Made by a program: the position numbers and the translations under genes. A DNA stretch of 64,000 nt from Patescibacteria group bacterium (GTDB taxonomy: Bacteria > Patescibacteriota > Minisyncoccia > Phycocordibacterales > UBA9973): contig JBBTYN010000002.1 in assembly GCA_038061755.1 (NCBI GenBank), forward strand, positions 15,312 through 79,311, in the 5' to 3' direction. The notes under the pieces were generated by a model that ran no database searches, had not been told where the DNA came from, and saw only the letters and a program-made list of their open reading frames with translations. How positions within the stretch are numbered: the first letter of the stretch is position 1; each line of letters starts with the position of its first letter. Of this stretch, positions 38,794 through 46,918 are shown piece after piece.

Positions 38794-39241
38794 CTGTGGC
38801 AGAAATTGTAATAATTTTGGAATAGTTTATGGTGGAAATAGTCACAGTAGCAGTAGCACTTGGACTTCCTGAAAGACGATTGAAGAAAATTTCTCCTGAT
38901 GATCCACTCACAATACCAATAGTAACATTCGTAATACTTGCAGGAGTTACAATATCTATTATTTCATTGCCAACCGTGTCTGGTATAAAGCCTGTCCCTT
39001 TAAAAATTATAACTTTATCAGATTGGAAATGTACTCCGTAGGAAGACGAATTAAGTGATGAAAGCGTTTCTCCACGCGCTTTGTCTATGGATGACAATAT
39101 ATCAACAACTCCGCTTTTAAGCACTTGCATCTCTCTTGATTTTGAAAATTGTGGGATAACAACTGAAAAAATAACACCCAGCACAGCAACTACAATTAAT
39201 AATTCCAAAAAAGTTATCCCTCGTTTGTAATTTTTTTTCAT
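38774..39241 (-). CDS. Type IV prepilin (probable major pilin)
   Basis: KRG-ITFLELLIVVAVLGVI canonical class III signal. Confidence 0.7.
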   Translation of the reverse strand: MKKNYKRGITFLELLIVVAVLGVIFSVVIPQFSKSREMQVLKSGVVDILSSIDKARGETLSSLNSSSYGVHFQSDKVIIFKGTGFIPDTVGNEIIDIVTPASITNVTIGIVSGSSGEIFFNRLSGSPSATATVTISTINYSKIITISATGVASSD

Positions 39242-39255
39242 AAAATTAATTCATC

Positions 39256-40473
39256 TTAATTTATGCTACCCAAAATAGAATAAAGGGGCGAAATCATTGA
39301 GATAGCAAAAAATCCGACTCCAGCCCCAATAACAATCATCAGCAGTGGCTCAATAATAGTAGAAAGATTTTTAGTTTTATTTTCAACTTCCTCTTCGTAG
39401 AATAAAGCAATTTCAAGCAACATATCAGACAGTTTTCCTGTTTCTTCTCCGACCTCAATCATCTCTGACATCATTACAGGATACAAATCAAGATGAGTCT
39501 CAAATGCTTTGGAAAATGGCTCCCCTTTTTCTATCGCCAATTTTGCTTCATTTAAAACTTTTTTATAATAAATATTTTGTACCACATCTTCGGTTATTTC
39601 TATAGTTCGAGTTAAAGAAACACCAGAAATTAAAAGTGACGAAATGGTGCGTGCTGTGCGAGCAGTATTAAGTTCTATTGTTAAATTATTAACAACAGGA
39701 ATTTTTAAAATAACAAAATCAATATAGGGGGCCATAAATTTAGCGCGAAAAAGTGAAAAGATTCCAAAGGCTGCACAAAAGATGATTACAAAAGTTAGTA
39801 TTAAATTATTAGAGAAAAAATTACCAAAGAAAATAAGAATCTGAGTGGAAAAAGGCAAAGTCACGCCGAGCTCTTTGAATGTGCCTGCCAAAGTTGGCAC
39901 CACGAAAGCAAACATCAAAATGCCAATAATAACCATTGCCGACATAATTACCCCAGGGTAAATGAGCGCGCTCTTTATTTTCTTATTCAATGAATTAGAC
40001 TTTTCTAAATTTAGCCCGATGTCAGAGAGCGCTCCTGCAAGATTCCCAGACTCTTCTCCTGCGCGAATCATTGAAATAAAAAGTTTTGAAAAAACATCAG
40101 GAAATTTTGAAAGAGCAGTTGAAAAAGTTTCCCCGGAATTTATATCATTTGCTATAGAAGTTAAAATTTTACCGAGTTTAGGATTCTTTGTTTGTTTTTT
40201 TAAAACTGATAAGGCCCTAGAAAGTGAGAGTCCCGCTTTTATCATCCCGCTCAAATTTTTAGTCAAAATAATCTGTTCTCCAACCTTCACTTTTTCAAAA
40301 ATACTGGATAACGTTAAAAATTTATCAGTAAAATATTTATTTTTTTCTGAAATTGATAATGGAATAATGCCACGAGAACGCAACTCTCGAGCAAGAGCAT
40401 AGCGATCAGTAGCATCTAAAATGTTTTCTAAAATTTCACCTGTTTTTGATTTTGCGCTGTATATAAAAAGCAT
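39256..40473 (-). CDS. pilC: Type IV pilus assembly platform protein PilC (GspF family)
   Basis: Duplicated GspF domains, 3 TM segments, 405 aa. Confidence 0.85.
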   Translation of the reverse strand: MLFIYSAKSKTGEILENILDATDRYALARELRSRGIIPLSISEKNKYFTDKFLTLSSIFEKVKVGEQIILTKNLSGMIKAGLSLSRALSVLKKQTKNPKLGKILTSIANDINSGETFSTALSKFPDVFSKLFISMIRAGEESGNLAGALSDIGLNLEKSNSLNKKIKSALIYPGVIMSAMVIIGILMFAFVVPTLAGTFKELGVTLPFSTQILIFFGNFFSNNLILTFVIIFCAAFGIFSLFRAKFMAPYIDFVILKIPVVNNLTIELNTARTARTISSLLISGVSLTRTIEITEDVVQNIYYKKVLNEAKLAIEKGEPFSKAFETHLDLYPVMMSEMIEVGEETGKLSDMLLEIALFYEEEVENKTKNLSTIIEPLLMIVIGAGVGFFAISMISPLYSILGSIN

Positions 40474-40491
40474 AAAAAATTTAAAAAAAAA

Positions 40492-42249
40492 TTATTCCGA
40501 AACAACTCGGAATACTTCTTCTAAAGTGGTAACACCCAAGACTGCTTGAAAAACTCCATCTTCAATCATTGTCATCATCCCCTCAGCTTTAGCTTGCGCC
40601 TCCATATCATCTTGAGAACTTCCTTTAATAATCATTTCTTTAATAGTAGCTGTAACTTTTAACACTTCATGCATCCCAATACGACTTGAATATCCATCTT
40701 CAAATTCAGCGCTCTTTACTGCTTTATAAAAAGGAATTTTGTCCCAAGTATCTTTTGGGCCTATAACATTTTCAATTTTTAAAAAATCTAATACTCTATC
40801 TAAATCAACGATCTTTTCAAGATTTTTTACCTCGACAGAAGATAAGAAATATTTTTCCTTATTTGAGGTAAGCCTACGCACTAATCTTTGAGCAATAATT
40901 GTCTTCACTGTTGCTGTTATCAAGAAAGGTTCAACTCCCATATCTATAAGTCTTGGTATTGCTCCAGAGGCTGAGTTGGTGTGAATTGTAGAAAGAACTA
41001 AATGTCCAGTTAGAGAAGCATTTATTGCTAGTTCGGCTGTTTCTCCATCACGAATTTCTCCCACCATTACAATATCCGGATCTTGACGCAATAATGAACG
41101 AAGCCCATTGGCAAAAGTTAAACCAATCTCTGGTTTTACTTGTGTTTGATTAACTCTTGGCATTTGATATTCGATAGGGTCTTCCACTGTTGAAATATTC
41201 ACTTCTGGCCTATTTAAAATATCAAGCATCGTGTAGAGTGTAGTCGTCTTCCCGCTTCCTGTTGGGCCAGTGGCGAGCACCATGCCAGTTTTTTGTTTTA
41301 ATGAATTATGTATCCGTTCCAGTCCTTCACCATGAAAACCAAGCGTTTCTAAAGAAAAGCCATTAGTATTTTCTTTTAAGATTCTAATAACTGTCTTTTC
41401 TCCAAAAAAAGTCGGCAAAGTAGAAACACGAAAAGAAATTTTTTCTCCATTTTGTTCTATTTTAAATCTGCCGTCTTGAGGCAATCTTTTTTCATCCAGT
41501 TTTAAATTAGATAAAACTTTAATACGCGCCGTTATCCCAGAGCCGGCATTTTTTTCCAAGACCATCGCATCATGCAAAATTCCATCTATTCTATAACGCA
41601 CGGTAAGTTCTTTTTCCCCAGGCTCAATATGAATATCAGATGCATTTTGCAAAATTGCGTGAAAAATCAAAGAGTCTACTATTTTTACAACTGGAAGATC
41701 TTCCGCTATTTCTTTTAATTCTGCATCGGATTTTTCACCTTCTTCTCCAAAAGGAGCATTTATTGTAGCACTTTCTTTTTGTATAATATCCTGAAACTCT
41801 GATTTCAAACTTTGTCGATACTGAACCAAAACAGACCTAATAGAAATTGTGTCAGTCAGTCGAGGTAAAATTTTTAAACCAGAACGTTTTTTTATAAAAT
41901 CAATTACAGGCAAGTCATCAACATCAAGCATCGCTACTTCTAAACTATTCCCATTCTTCCCGCTTTTTTTGTAAGCGACAATATTGTAATTGCGCGCAAT
42001 CGGCTCAGGAATAATAGAAAGTACAGAAAAATCTATTTTTTGATTATTTAAATCAATGAACGGTATACCCAAAACAGAAGCTTCCATTCGCTTCAAATCT
42101 GTTTCAGATATTTTCCCATCGGAAAGTAAAATATCGCCAATTTTTTGTTTTTTAGTTTCAGCTTTTTTAAAAGCCTCTTCAAGGTCTGCCTTAGACACAA
42201 GCCCTTCATCTAAAATAACTTTTTTTAACTGTTCTTCATTGATTTGCAT
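40492..42249 (-). CDS. pilB: Type IV pilus assembly ATPase PilB (GspE family)
   Basis: GspE_N domain, Walker A ATGPTGSGKTTTLY, Asp box, His box. Confidence 0.9.
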   Translation of the reverse strand: MQINEEQLKKVILDEGLVSKADLEEAFKKAETKKQKIGDILLSDGKISETDLKRMEASVLGIPFIDLNNQKIDFSVLSIIPEPIARNYNIVAYKKSGKNGNSLEVAMLDVDDLPVIDFIKKRSGLKILPRLTDTISIRSVLVQYRQSLKSEFQDIIQKESATINAPFGEEGEKSDAELKEIAEDLPVVKIVDSLIFHAILQNASDIHIEPGEKELTVRYRIDGILHDAMVLEKNAGSGITARIKVLSNLKLDEKRLPQDGRFKIEQNGEKISFRVSTLPTFFGEKTVIRILKENTNGFSLETLGFHGEGLERIHNSLKQKTGMVLATGPTGSGKTTTLYTMLDILNRPEVNISTVEDPIEYQMPRVNQTQVKPEIGLTFANGLRSLLRQDPDIVMVGEIRDGETAELAINASLTGHLVLSTIHTNSASGAIPRLIDMGVEPFLITATVKTIIAQRLVRRLTSNKEKYFLSSVEVKNLEKIVDLDRVLDFLKIENVIGPKDTWDKIPFYKAVKSAEFEDGYSSRIGMHEVLKVTATIKEMIIKGSSQDDMEAQAKAEGMMTMIEDGVFQAVLGVTTLEEVFRVVSE

Positions 42250-42264
42250 TACAAATATAGTATA

Positions 42265-42298
42265 GCAAAAAAATCTCCCAAATGGGAGATTTTTTTGC
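42265..42298. terminator. Perfect palindromic bidirectional terminator-like hairpin
   Basis: GCAAAAAAATCTCCCA-AAT-GGGAGATTTTTTTGC, flanked by A/T tracts on both sides. Confidence 0.6.
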
Positions 42299-42315
42299 TA
42301 ATAATTAAAATTAAA

Positions 42316-43488
42316 TTAATTCTCTATATACCCCGGACTTTTCTTTTGTGAACAAGAGTTACTTCCACAAGTCCATGTCCATTTAGAAGGACTACTTATT
42401 GGATTTGTGCCAATAATAGTGCCATCACCACATGTATAGTGGTTACTAAAACAAGTAGTACCACTAGAAAGTGTACATGATGTATTTGATCCACCATTAG
42501 AACCAAGACAATCCCAGGCAGAAGAACCATTACCATTCGCTGGGGTACCTGAACTACAAGTATTGTAAACTAACGGAGAAGAACAGATACCATTAATAAG
42601 TGCCGGTGCACACTTTATTCCATCCCAAATAGTTCCAGTATCGCAACTCGCAGTGGCTAAGGCAGTGGCAAGTTGTTTTGCATTATTATAAAGAAAGAAT
42701 GCTCTACTTTTATGGGTACTCTCAATTATATATGGAATAACAACACCTGTTTTGGTACCTACATCATAAGTACCGGTAGTTGGGGGCTTAATAGGGTTTG
42801 AAGTTGAAGAAACAATAGGAAAGTTAGCTGAAGTAGCTCCGCTATTATTGGTACTACTAGTTACAGACGACCCAAGAACAATTTCAGGATTTATTACACT
42901 CCAAGAAAGAGTTGTGGTACAACTGTTATTTCCTACTGTTATTATACAATTAGAAGCAGTTAGAGTACTGGACATTGCGGGGGCGACAACAACACCATTA
43001 AAATTGATCCAGCCCACGACTTCACTTCCCCAAGCGTAACCCGAAAAAGCAGTACCCGATAAAGTTACACCATAACTAGTGCCTGTAAGGGAAATCCAAC
43101 CATCCCAACCACTACTGCCATCTCCTCCAGACAGAGCTTTTGCCCAACCAGTCAAGCTACTACCAGCCACTTTGGCATTATCAGCAGTAGTTCCACCTCC
43201 AGTTGGAAAACCAGAAAGTTCTCCAAACTTTACCCAACCAATATTTGATGACCAAGCATAACCAGTAAGATAACCAGTTGTTAAATTTTTAGTTACGCCA
43301 TAACTTGAAGTCGCGCAATTATTACCAGGATTCGTACAATTAAAACTTATCCAGCCAATATTAGATGACCAAGCATAACCAGACATATTGTCCGTAGAAC
43401 TTGCTGAAACTATAATAGGTGAAAGACAAAAAACAAATACTAGAACAAAAATAATTTTCAAGAAAGATTTTAAGAAAGAAATTTTCAT
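42316..43488 (-). CDS. Secreted repeat protein with GYAWSSNIGW(I/V)xF repeats and Cys-rich C-terminus (possible pilus-associated adhesin)
   Basis: Signal peptide; three copies of GYAWSSNIGWISF-like motif; last gene of pilB-led gene string. Confidence 0.4.
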   Translation of the reverse strand: MKISFLKSFLKIIFVLVFVFCLSPIIVSASSTDNMSGYAWSSNIGWISFNCTNPGNNCATSSYGVTKNLTTGYLTGYAWSSNIGWVKFGELSGFPTGGGTTADNAKVAGSSLTGWAKALSGGDGSSGWDGWISLTGTSYGVTLSGTAFSGYAWGSEVVGWINFNGVVVAPAMSSTLTASNCIITVGNNSCTTTLSWSVINPEIVLGSSVTSSTNNSGATSANFPIVSSTSNPIKPPTTGTYDVGTKTGVVIPYIIESTHKSRAFFLYNNAKQLATALATASCDTGTIWDGIKCAPALINGICSSPLVYNTCSSGTPANGNGSSAWDCLGSNGGSNTSCTLSSGTTCFSNHYTCGDGTIIGTNPISSPSKWTWTCGSNSCSQKKSPGYIEN

Positions 43489-43555
43489 TATTTTAATATT
43501 ATACCATTAAGATTACTAAAAAGGGTATAAAATTGAAATCTATACTGTGGATAAC

Positions 43556-43610
43556 GATACTAGCTGATACTAGCTAGATACTAGCTAGGACAGTCCTCGC
43601 TAGTGGTGTC
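43556..43610. repeat. REP-like palindromic element cluster A (tandem GATACTAGCT x3 plus palindrome CTAGCTAGGACAGTCCTCGCTAG)
   Basis: Read directly; homologous to 44283..44315 and 45337..45391. Confidence 0.8.
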
Positions 43611-44271
43611 AAATAAGATAACTTTCCACAAAATTATTAAAAGATTTAGTGTCTCTAAAATAATCAGGAAAGACTTTTTTATTCAAAATATTGCCCTCTA
43701 GCCTATCGACACCAATATAATCTTGATAACTAGAGTACCTATAAGATTTTAGAAAATCTTTCTTTTCACCAAGTGATTCTTTAATTTTCTTTTCCCAACC
43801 GGGGAATTTTATATCAAGTGAATTAAAATGAATATATGCAAAAAGTTTTCGCATATAAATGTCGTCAGACTTTACACATTTTGATTTAAATGGTCCGCCA
43901 AACAAAGCACCTTGTCTTTGATATTTAATATTAAAAAACATTGAATATCCTGTCCCTAATTTTCTCATAAACTTTGTTATCCCTCCATCCACTTCTTGGC
44001 GTATCATTAAATGAAAATGATTAGTCATCAAACACCATGCGCCTATAAATACTAATGGTTTTCCTTTTTCAATCACCATTATTTCTTCATAACTTTTATG
44101 TAGAATGTTTGTTAAATTGTTGAGCTTTATCACATCTTCATTATTTGCAACATATAAAAGCATTATGAATCTTTCATAATCTTTCTGTAATTTAAAAATA
44201 TTTCTTTTATCAATTCCTCTATTCCAAAGGTGGTAGTATTCACCAGTGACAAAAGGATCTTTTCGCAACAT
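43609..44271 (-). mobile_element. IS200/IS605-family Y1 (HuH) transposase, REP-associated tyrosine transposase (RAYT)-like
   Basis: EYYHLWNRGIDKRNIF, HuH motif LMTNHFHLMI, YQRQGALFGGPFKSKCV...YIHFN; flanked by REP-like palindromes on both sides. Confidence 0.7.
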
Positions 44272-44282
44272 CTATTTAATAT

Positions 44283-44315
44283 AACACACTAGCTAGGACA
44301 GTCCTAGCTAGTGTT
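44283..44315. repeat. REP-like perfect palindrome B
   Basis: AACACACTAGCTAGGAC-A-GTCCTAGCTAGTGTT, 12 nt upstream of the transposase start. Confidence 0.85.
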
Positions 44316-44344
44316 AAAAAAACAGTCCGAAATATTTCGGACTG
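44316..44344 (-). terminator. Rho-independent terminator of 44395..45156 gene
   Basis: Perfect palindrome CAGTCCGAAATATTTCGGACTG followed by T7 on minus strand. Confidence 0.7.
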
Positions 44345-44394
44345 CCCAATGATAGTTTTAACAAAATCATCAGAAATGAAAATTTTTGGAGATA

Positions 44395-45156
44395 TTAACG
44401 GGACCAAATCGGCATCAGATTTTCGTCAATATAAATGCTGAATACCAGCCCGGGCATACCTTGTTTAAAGGTGGAAAAACTTACATCCCAGGTCGCTTTT
44501 GACTCAAACGATCTAGCCAGGTCAAAAATCGCGGAAATATTAATTAACTCCTTCACATACTTGTTTCCGCTTAATTTTATTCCCCCGATATCCCCCGCGG
44601 CGTAATAATAATGAATTTTGTTGTTATTTTTAACGACCCAGGGGTACACAACTTTGTAGAATGTATTGAACAAATAGATCTCGGGGGAATTTACCACTTT
44701 GGCAAATTCATCCTGCATTTGAAACCCCGCGCCATTTATTTCAACCTCTTTTTTGAGGCTCCCTTGTATCTGCCAACTTTCGGACATGGTCCGATAATTA
44801 ATCGACGCGCTAACGCCGTTTTTTCCCGCTTCCTGCAAATGACCCAATGGGTGTATTAACGCCGCCGATACGAATCCAACAGAAGCAAGGCGGACAGCTT
44901 TTTCCCCAAGTCCGGCATCGTAAAAATTTATTAAGCCGGTCTCACTGGAATAATCCACATTATTTCTAATTTTCCCCGTTTCATTAGGGTTTTTGAAAAA
45001 CTTCACGTCCGCAATCCAGATTTTTTCGGAACTCGCAACGTTTTCCGTCTGACCCTTCCTATATGAAAGGGCGAGTATTAAATTTTCTTCCGCCGAAGCC
45101 ACGGAAACCGTTGCCAACAACATTGCCGCAACCAAAATCCCGATTATCTTTTTCAT
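44395..45156 (-). CDS. hypothetical secreted protein (elevated GC)
   Basis: Signal peptide MKKIIGILVAAMLLATVSVASA; GC visibly higher than genome background. Confidence 0.4.
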   Translation of the reverse strand: MKKIIGILVAAMLLATVSVASAEENLILALSYRKGQTENVASSEKIWIADVKFFKNPNETGKIRNNVDYSSETGLINFYDAGLGEKAVRLASVGFVSAALIHPLGHLQEAGKNGVSASINYRTMSESWQIQGSLKKEVEINGAGFQMQDEFAKVVNSPEIYLFNTFYKVVYPWVVKNNNKIHYYYAAGDIGGIKLSGNKYVKELINISAIFDLARSFESKATWDVSFSTFKQGMPGLVFSIYIDENLMPIWSR

Positions 45157-45336
45157 CCCGCACCTCCAAAAAATTTTAGATTATTTTATTGTAAAAGGAC
45201 AAAAAACATCCTTTATTGATTGTTTAATGTATTATACTACTTTTCTATTTTAAAGTCAACTACTTAGAAATGTAGGGTAATTTCTGCGTAATTTGTAAAA
45301 AATTATTTATTTTCCAATTTTTCAATGCGAGATTTT

Positions 45337-45391
45337 ACACACTAGCAAGGACAGTCCTAGCTAGCCTTTAGCTAGGATTGTTCTTGCTAGT
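45337..45391. repeat. REP-like element doublet C (two inverted copies)
   Basis: ACACACTAGCAAGGACAGTCCTAGCTAG and TAGCTAGGATTGTTCTTGCTAGT (inverted relative to the first). Confidence 0.75.
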
Positions 45392-45404
45392 ACTTGCCAA
45401 CATC

Positions 45405-46121
45405 TTACGGAAGCATTAATTTTCCTAGTAGGAGGTTGTTGCAAGTAACTTGACCGCCGCCGCAAACAGCATTACATTGATAATATTGACTAGGAAACCT
45501 GCAGTAAACGGTTATACAAGTAGCTGCCTCGGTGAGGGTCCCACCTGCGGGACACCCGTATGTTTGTCTATATATTGGGAAGCCAGTCTTTGATATGACG
45601 TTGCCGCCAACATCTAGATCACCTGAAACATTTACATTGCCACTTTGGTCTATAGCCATTGTTTTTACTCTAGCACTGTTAAGAAATTGTAAAGTGCCAG
45701 AATTAGTCTGTAATGAGTAACTCTGTGTTCCCGGTGATTGCAAAGTAAGCGCTGGACCAGGCCCGAAACCAACCTGGCCCCCGAAACCAGCCTTGCTCTT
45801 GCTCAAAGGTCTTAATAAAGAAACATCTCCCATAACAGATAATTTTGAAGCTGGACCTGTCGTCCCGATGCCAACATTGCCGTTTTTAACTATAAGACCA
45901 TTAGGAGCAGGAAGGTGCGTTGCATCTCCTGTATTGAGTACTAATCCCCCAGCTTTTGACTGACCTGAAAAGGTTACATTCAGTGGCGTATCGGTATTAT
46001 TACCAGGTGGAGGTGCTGTAGGACCAACATATTGACTATATGCAGAAACAAAACTAACTCCAGCTACTAATATTAATGCTAGAATGATAGATTTTATATT
46101 TTGTATTATTTTTGTTTTCAT
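45405..46121 (-). CDS. Secreted protein with tail-fibre-like motif (GNVGIGTTGPASKLSV) and Cys-rich C-terminus
   Basis: Signal peptide; motif GNVGIGTT.P..KL.V typical of phage tail-fibre-like beta-helix proteins; elevated GC. Confidence 0.4.
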   Translation of the reverse strand: MKTKIIQNIKSIILALILVAGVSFVSAYSQYVGPTAPPPGNNTDTPLNVTFSGQSKAGGLVLNTGDATHLPAPNGLIVKNGNVGIGTTGPASKLSVMGDVSLLRPLSKSKAGFGGQVGFGPGPALTLQSPGTQSYSLQTNSGTLQFLNSARVKTMAIDQSGNVNVSGDLDVGGNVISKTGFPIYRQTYGCPAGGTLTEAATCITVYCRFPSQYYQCNAVCGGGQVTCNNLLLGKLMLP

Positions 46122-46138
46122 ATTATTTTAATTTATTA

Positions 46139-46372
46139 TTAATAATTTGTTTTAGTTGGAGCGGTGGTGGAATCAATAAGTTGCTTTAATTCTTTGGTAT
46201 TCACTGGATTTGAGGTAGTGGCTGGAGCAGTGGTGGAATCAATGAGAGCTTGCATTTGTTGAGCTTCAGTAAGAGTTGGAGGAGATTTTGGTTTGAATAA
46301 AAAATAAAAAATAAATAAACCTAAAACGATAATAATCAGAACAGATACTGCTATCTTTTGATTTTTAGTCAT
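46139..46372 (-). CDS. small membrane-anchored protein with internal ALIDSTTAP repeats
   Basis: 77 aa, N-terminal TM, duplicated QxLIDSTTAPxxT segment. Confidence 0.3.
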   Translation of the reverse strand: MTKNQKIAVSVLIIIVLGLFIFYFLFKPKSPPTLTEAQQMQALIDSTTAPATTSNPVNTKELKQLIDSTTAPTKTNY

Positions 46373-46415
46373 AATTATTTATAAGTATAAAACAAAATAA
46401 AGATAAAGGGAACTT

Positions 46416-46438
46416 GGGGTGTGGATAACCCCCACACC
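46416..46438. repeat. Direct-repeat/hairpin motif GGTGTGG..ATAACCCC (left flank of GIY-YIG gene)
   Basis: GGGGTGTGGATAACCCCCACACC; related copy at 46737..46760 in same orientation. Confidence 0.6.
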
Positions 46439-46445
46439 TTTTATT

Positions 46446-46709
46446 TTATTTAAGACTTTCGGAGATTCTTCTTTTTAGTTGTCCTAACGCTTTTCCATCT
46501 TTCTTTAGATTATATTCTCTCGTTCTGGCGTCATGCTCATTAGCGCAAGCTTCATAATAACGAATTTCAAATGGTCTCCTTGCTTTAGTTGAACGATTAA
46601 GTCCATTGTTGTGTTCCGAAAGTCTTCGCTTCAGATCATTAGTTGAACCAATATATAATTTTTCATCTTTTAGACTTTTTAAAATATACACATAGTACAT
46701 AATAACCAT
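46446..46709 (-). CDS. Small GIY-YIG nuclease-family protein (YhbQ/Slx1-like)
   Basis: YYVYILKSLKDEKLYIGSTNDLKRRLSEHN GIY-YIG motif, conserved Arg, Glu, Asn. Confidence 0.7.
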   Translation of the reverse strand: MVIMYYVYILKSLKDEKLYIGSTNDLKRRLSEHNNGLNRSTKARRPFEIRYYEACANEHDARTREYNLKKDGKALGQLKRRISESLK

Positions 46710-46736
46710 TATATGATCTGAAGTTATAAAATGAAA

Positions 46737-46760
46737 GGTGTGGGGGATAACCCCAACAGC
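46737..46760. repeat. Direct-repeat motif GGTGTGGGGGATAACCCC (right flank of GIY-YIG gene)
   Basis: Read in sequence; shares GGTGTGG and GATAACCCC with 46416..46438. Confidence 0.6.
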
Positions 46761-46918
46761 TTCATTGACAAAAACTATATTTTCTGTTAGAATCTGTTAA
46801 GAATAATATTGTACAAGAACTGACAAAAATAGGACTGAATGTCCTTTGACATAAGAATAAAAAAATAGATTGGCTCATTTCGAGCAAAAAAAACGATACA
46901 TACTAAAAGGAGGATGTC

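Noticed and set aside
43556-43590. Possible CRISPR-like array (GATACTAGCT x3)
   Set aside because: The units are only 10-11 nt and directly tandem with no spacers. They are part of the REP-like palindrome cluster, not a CRISPR array. No cas genes are in the window.
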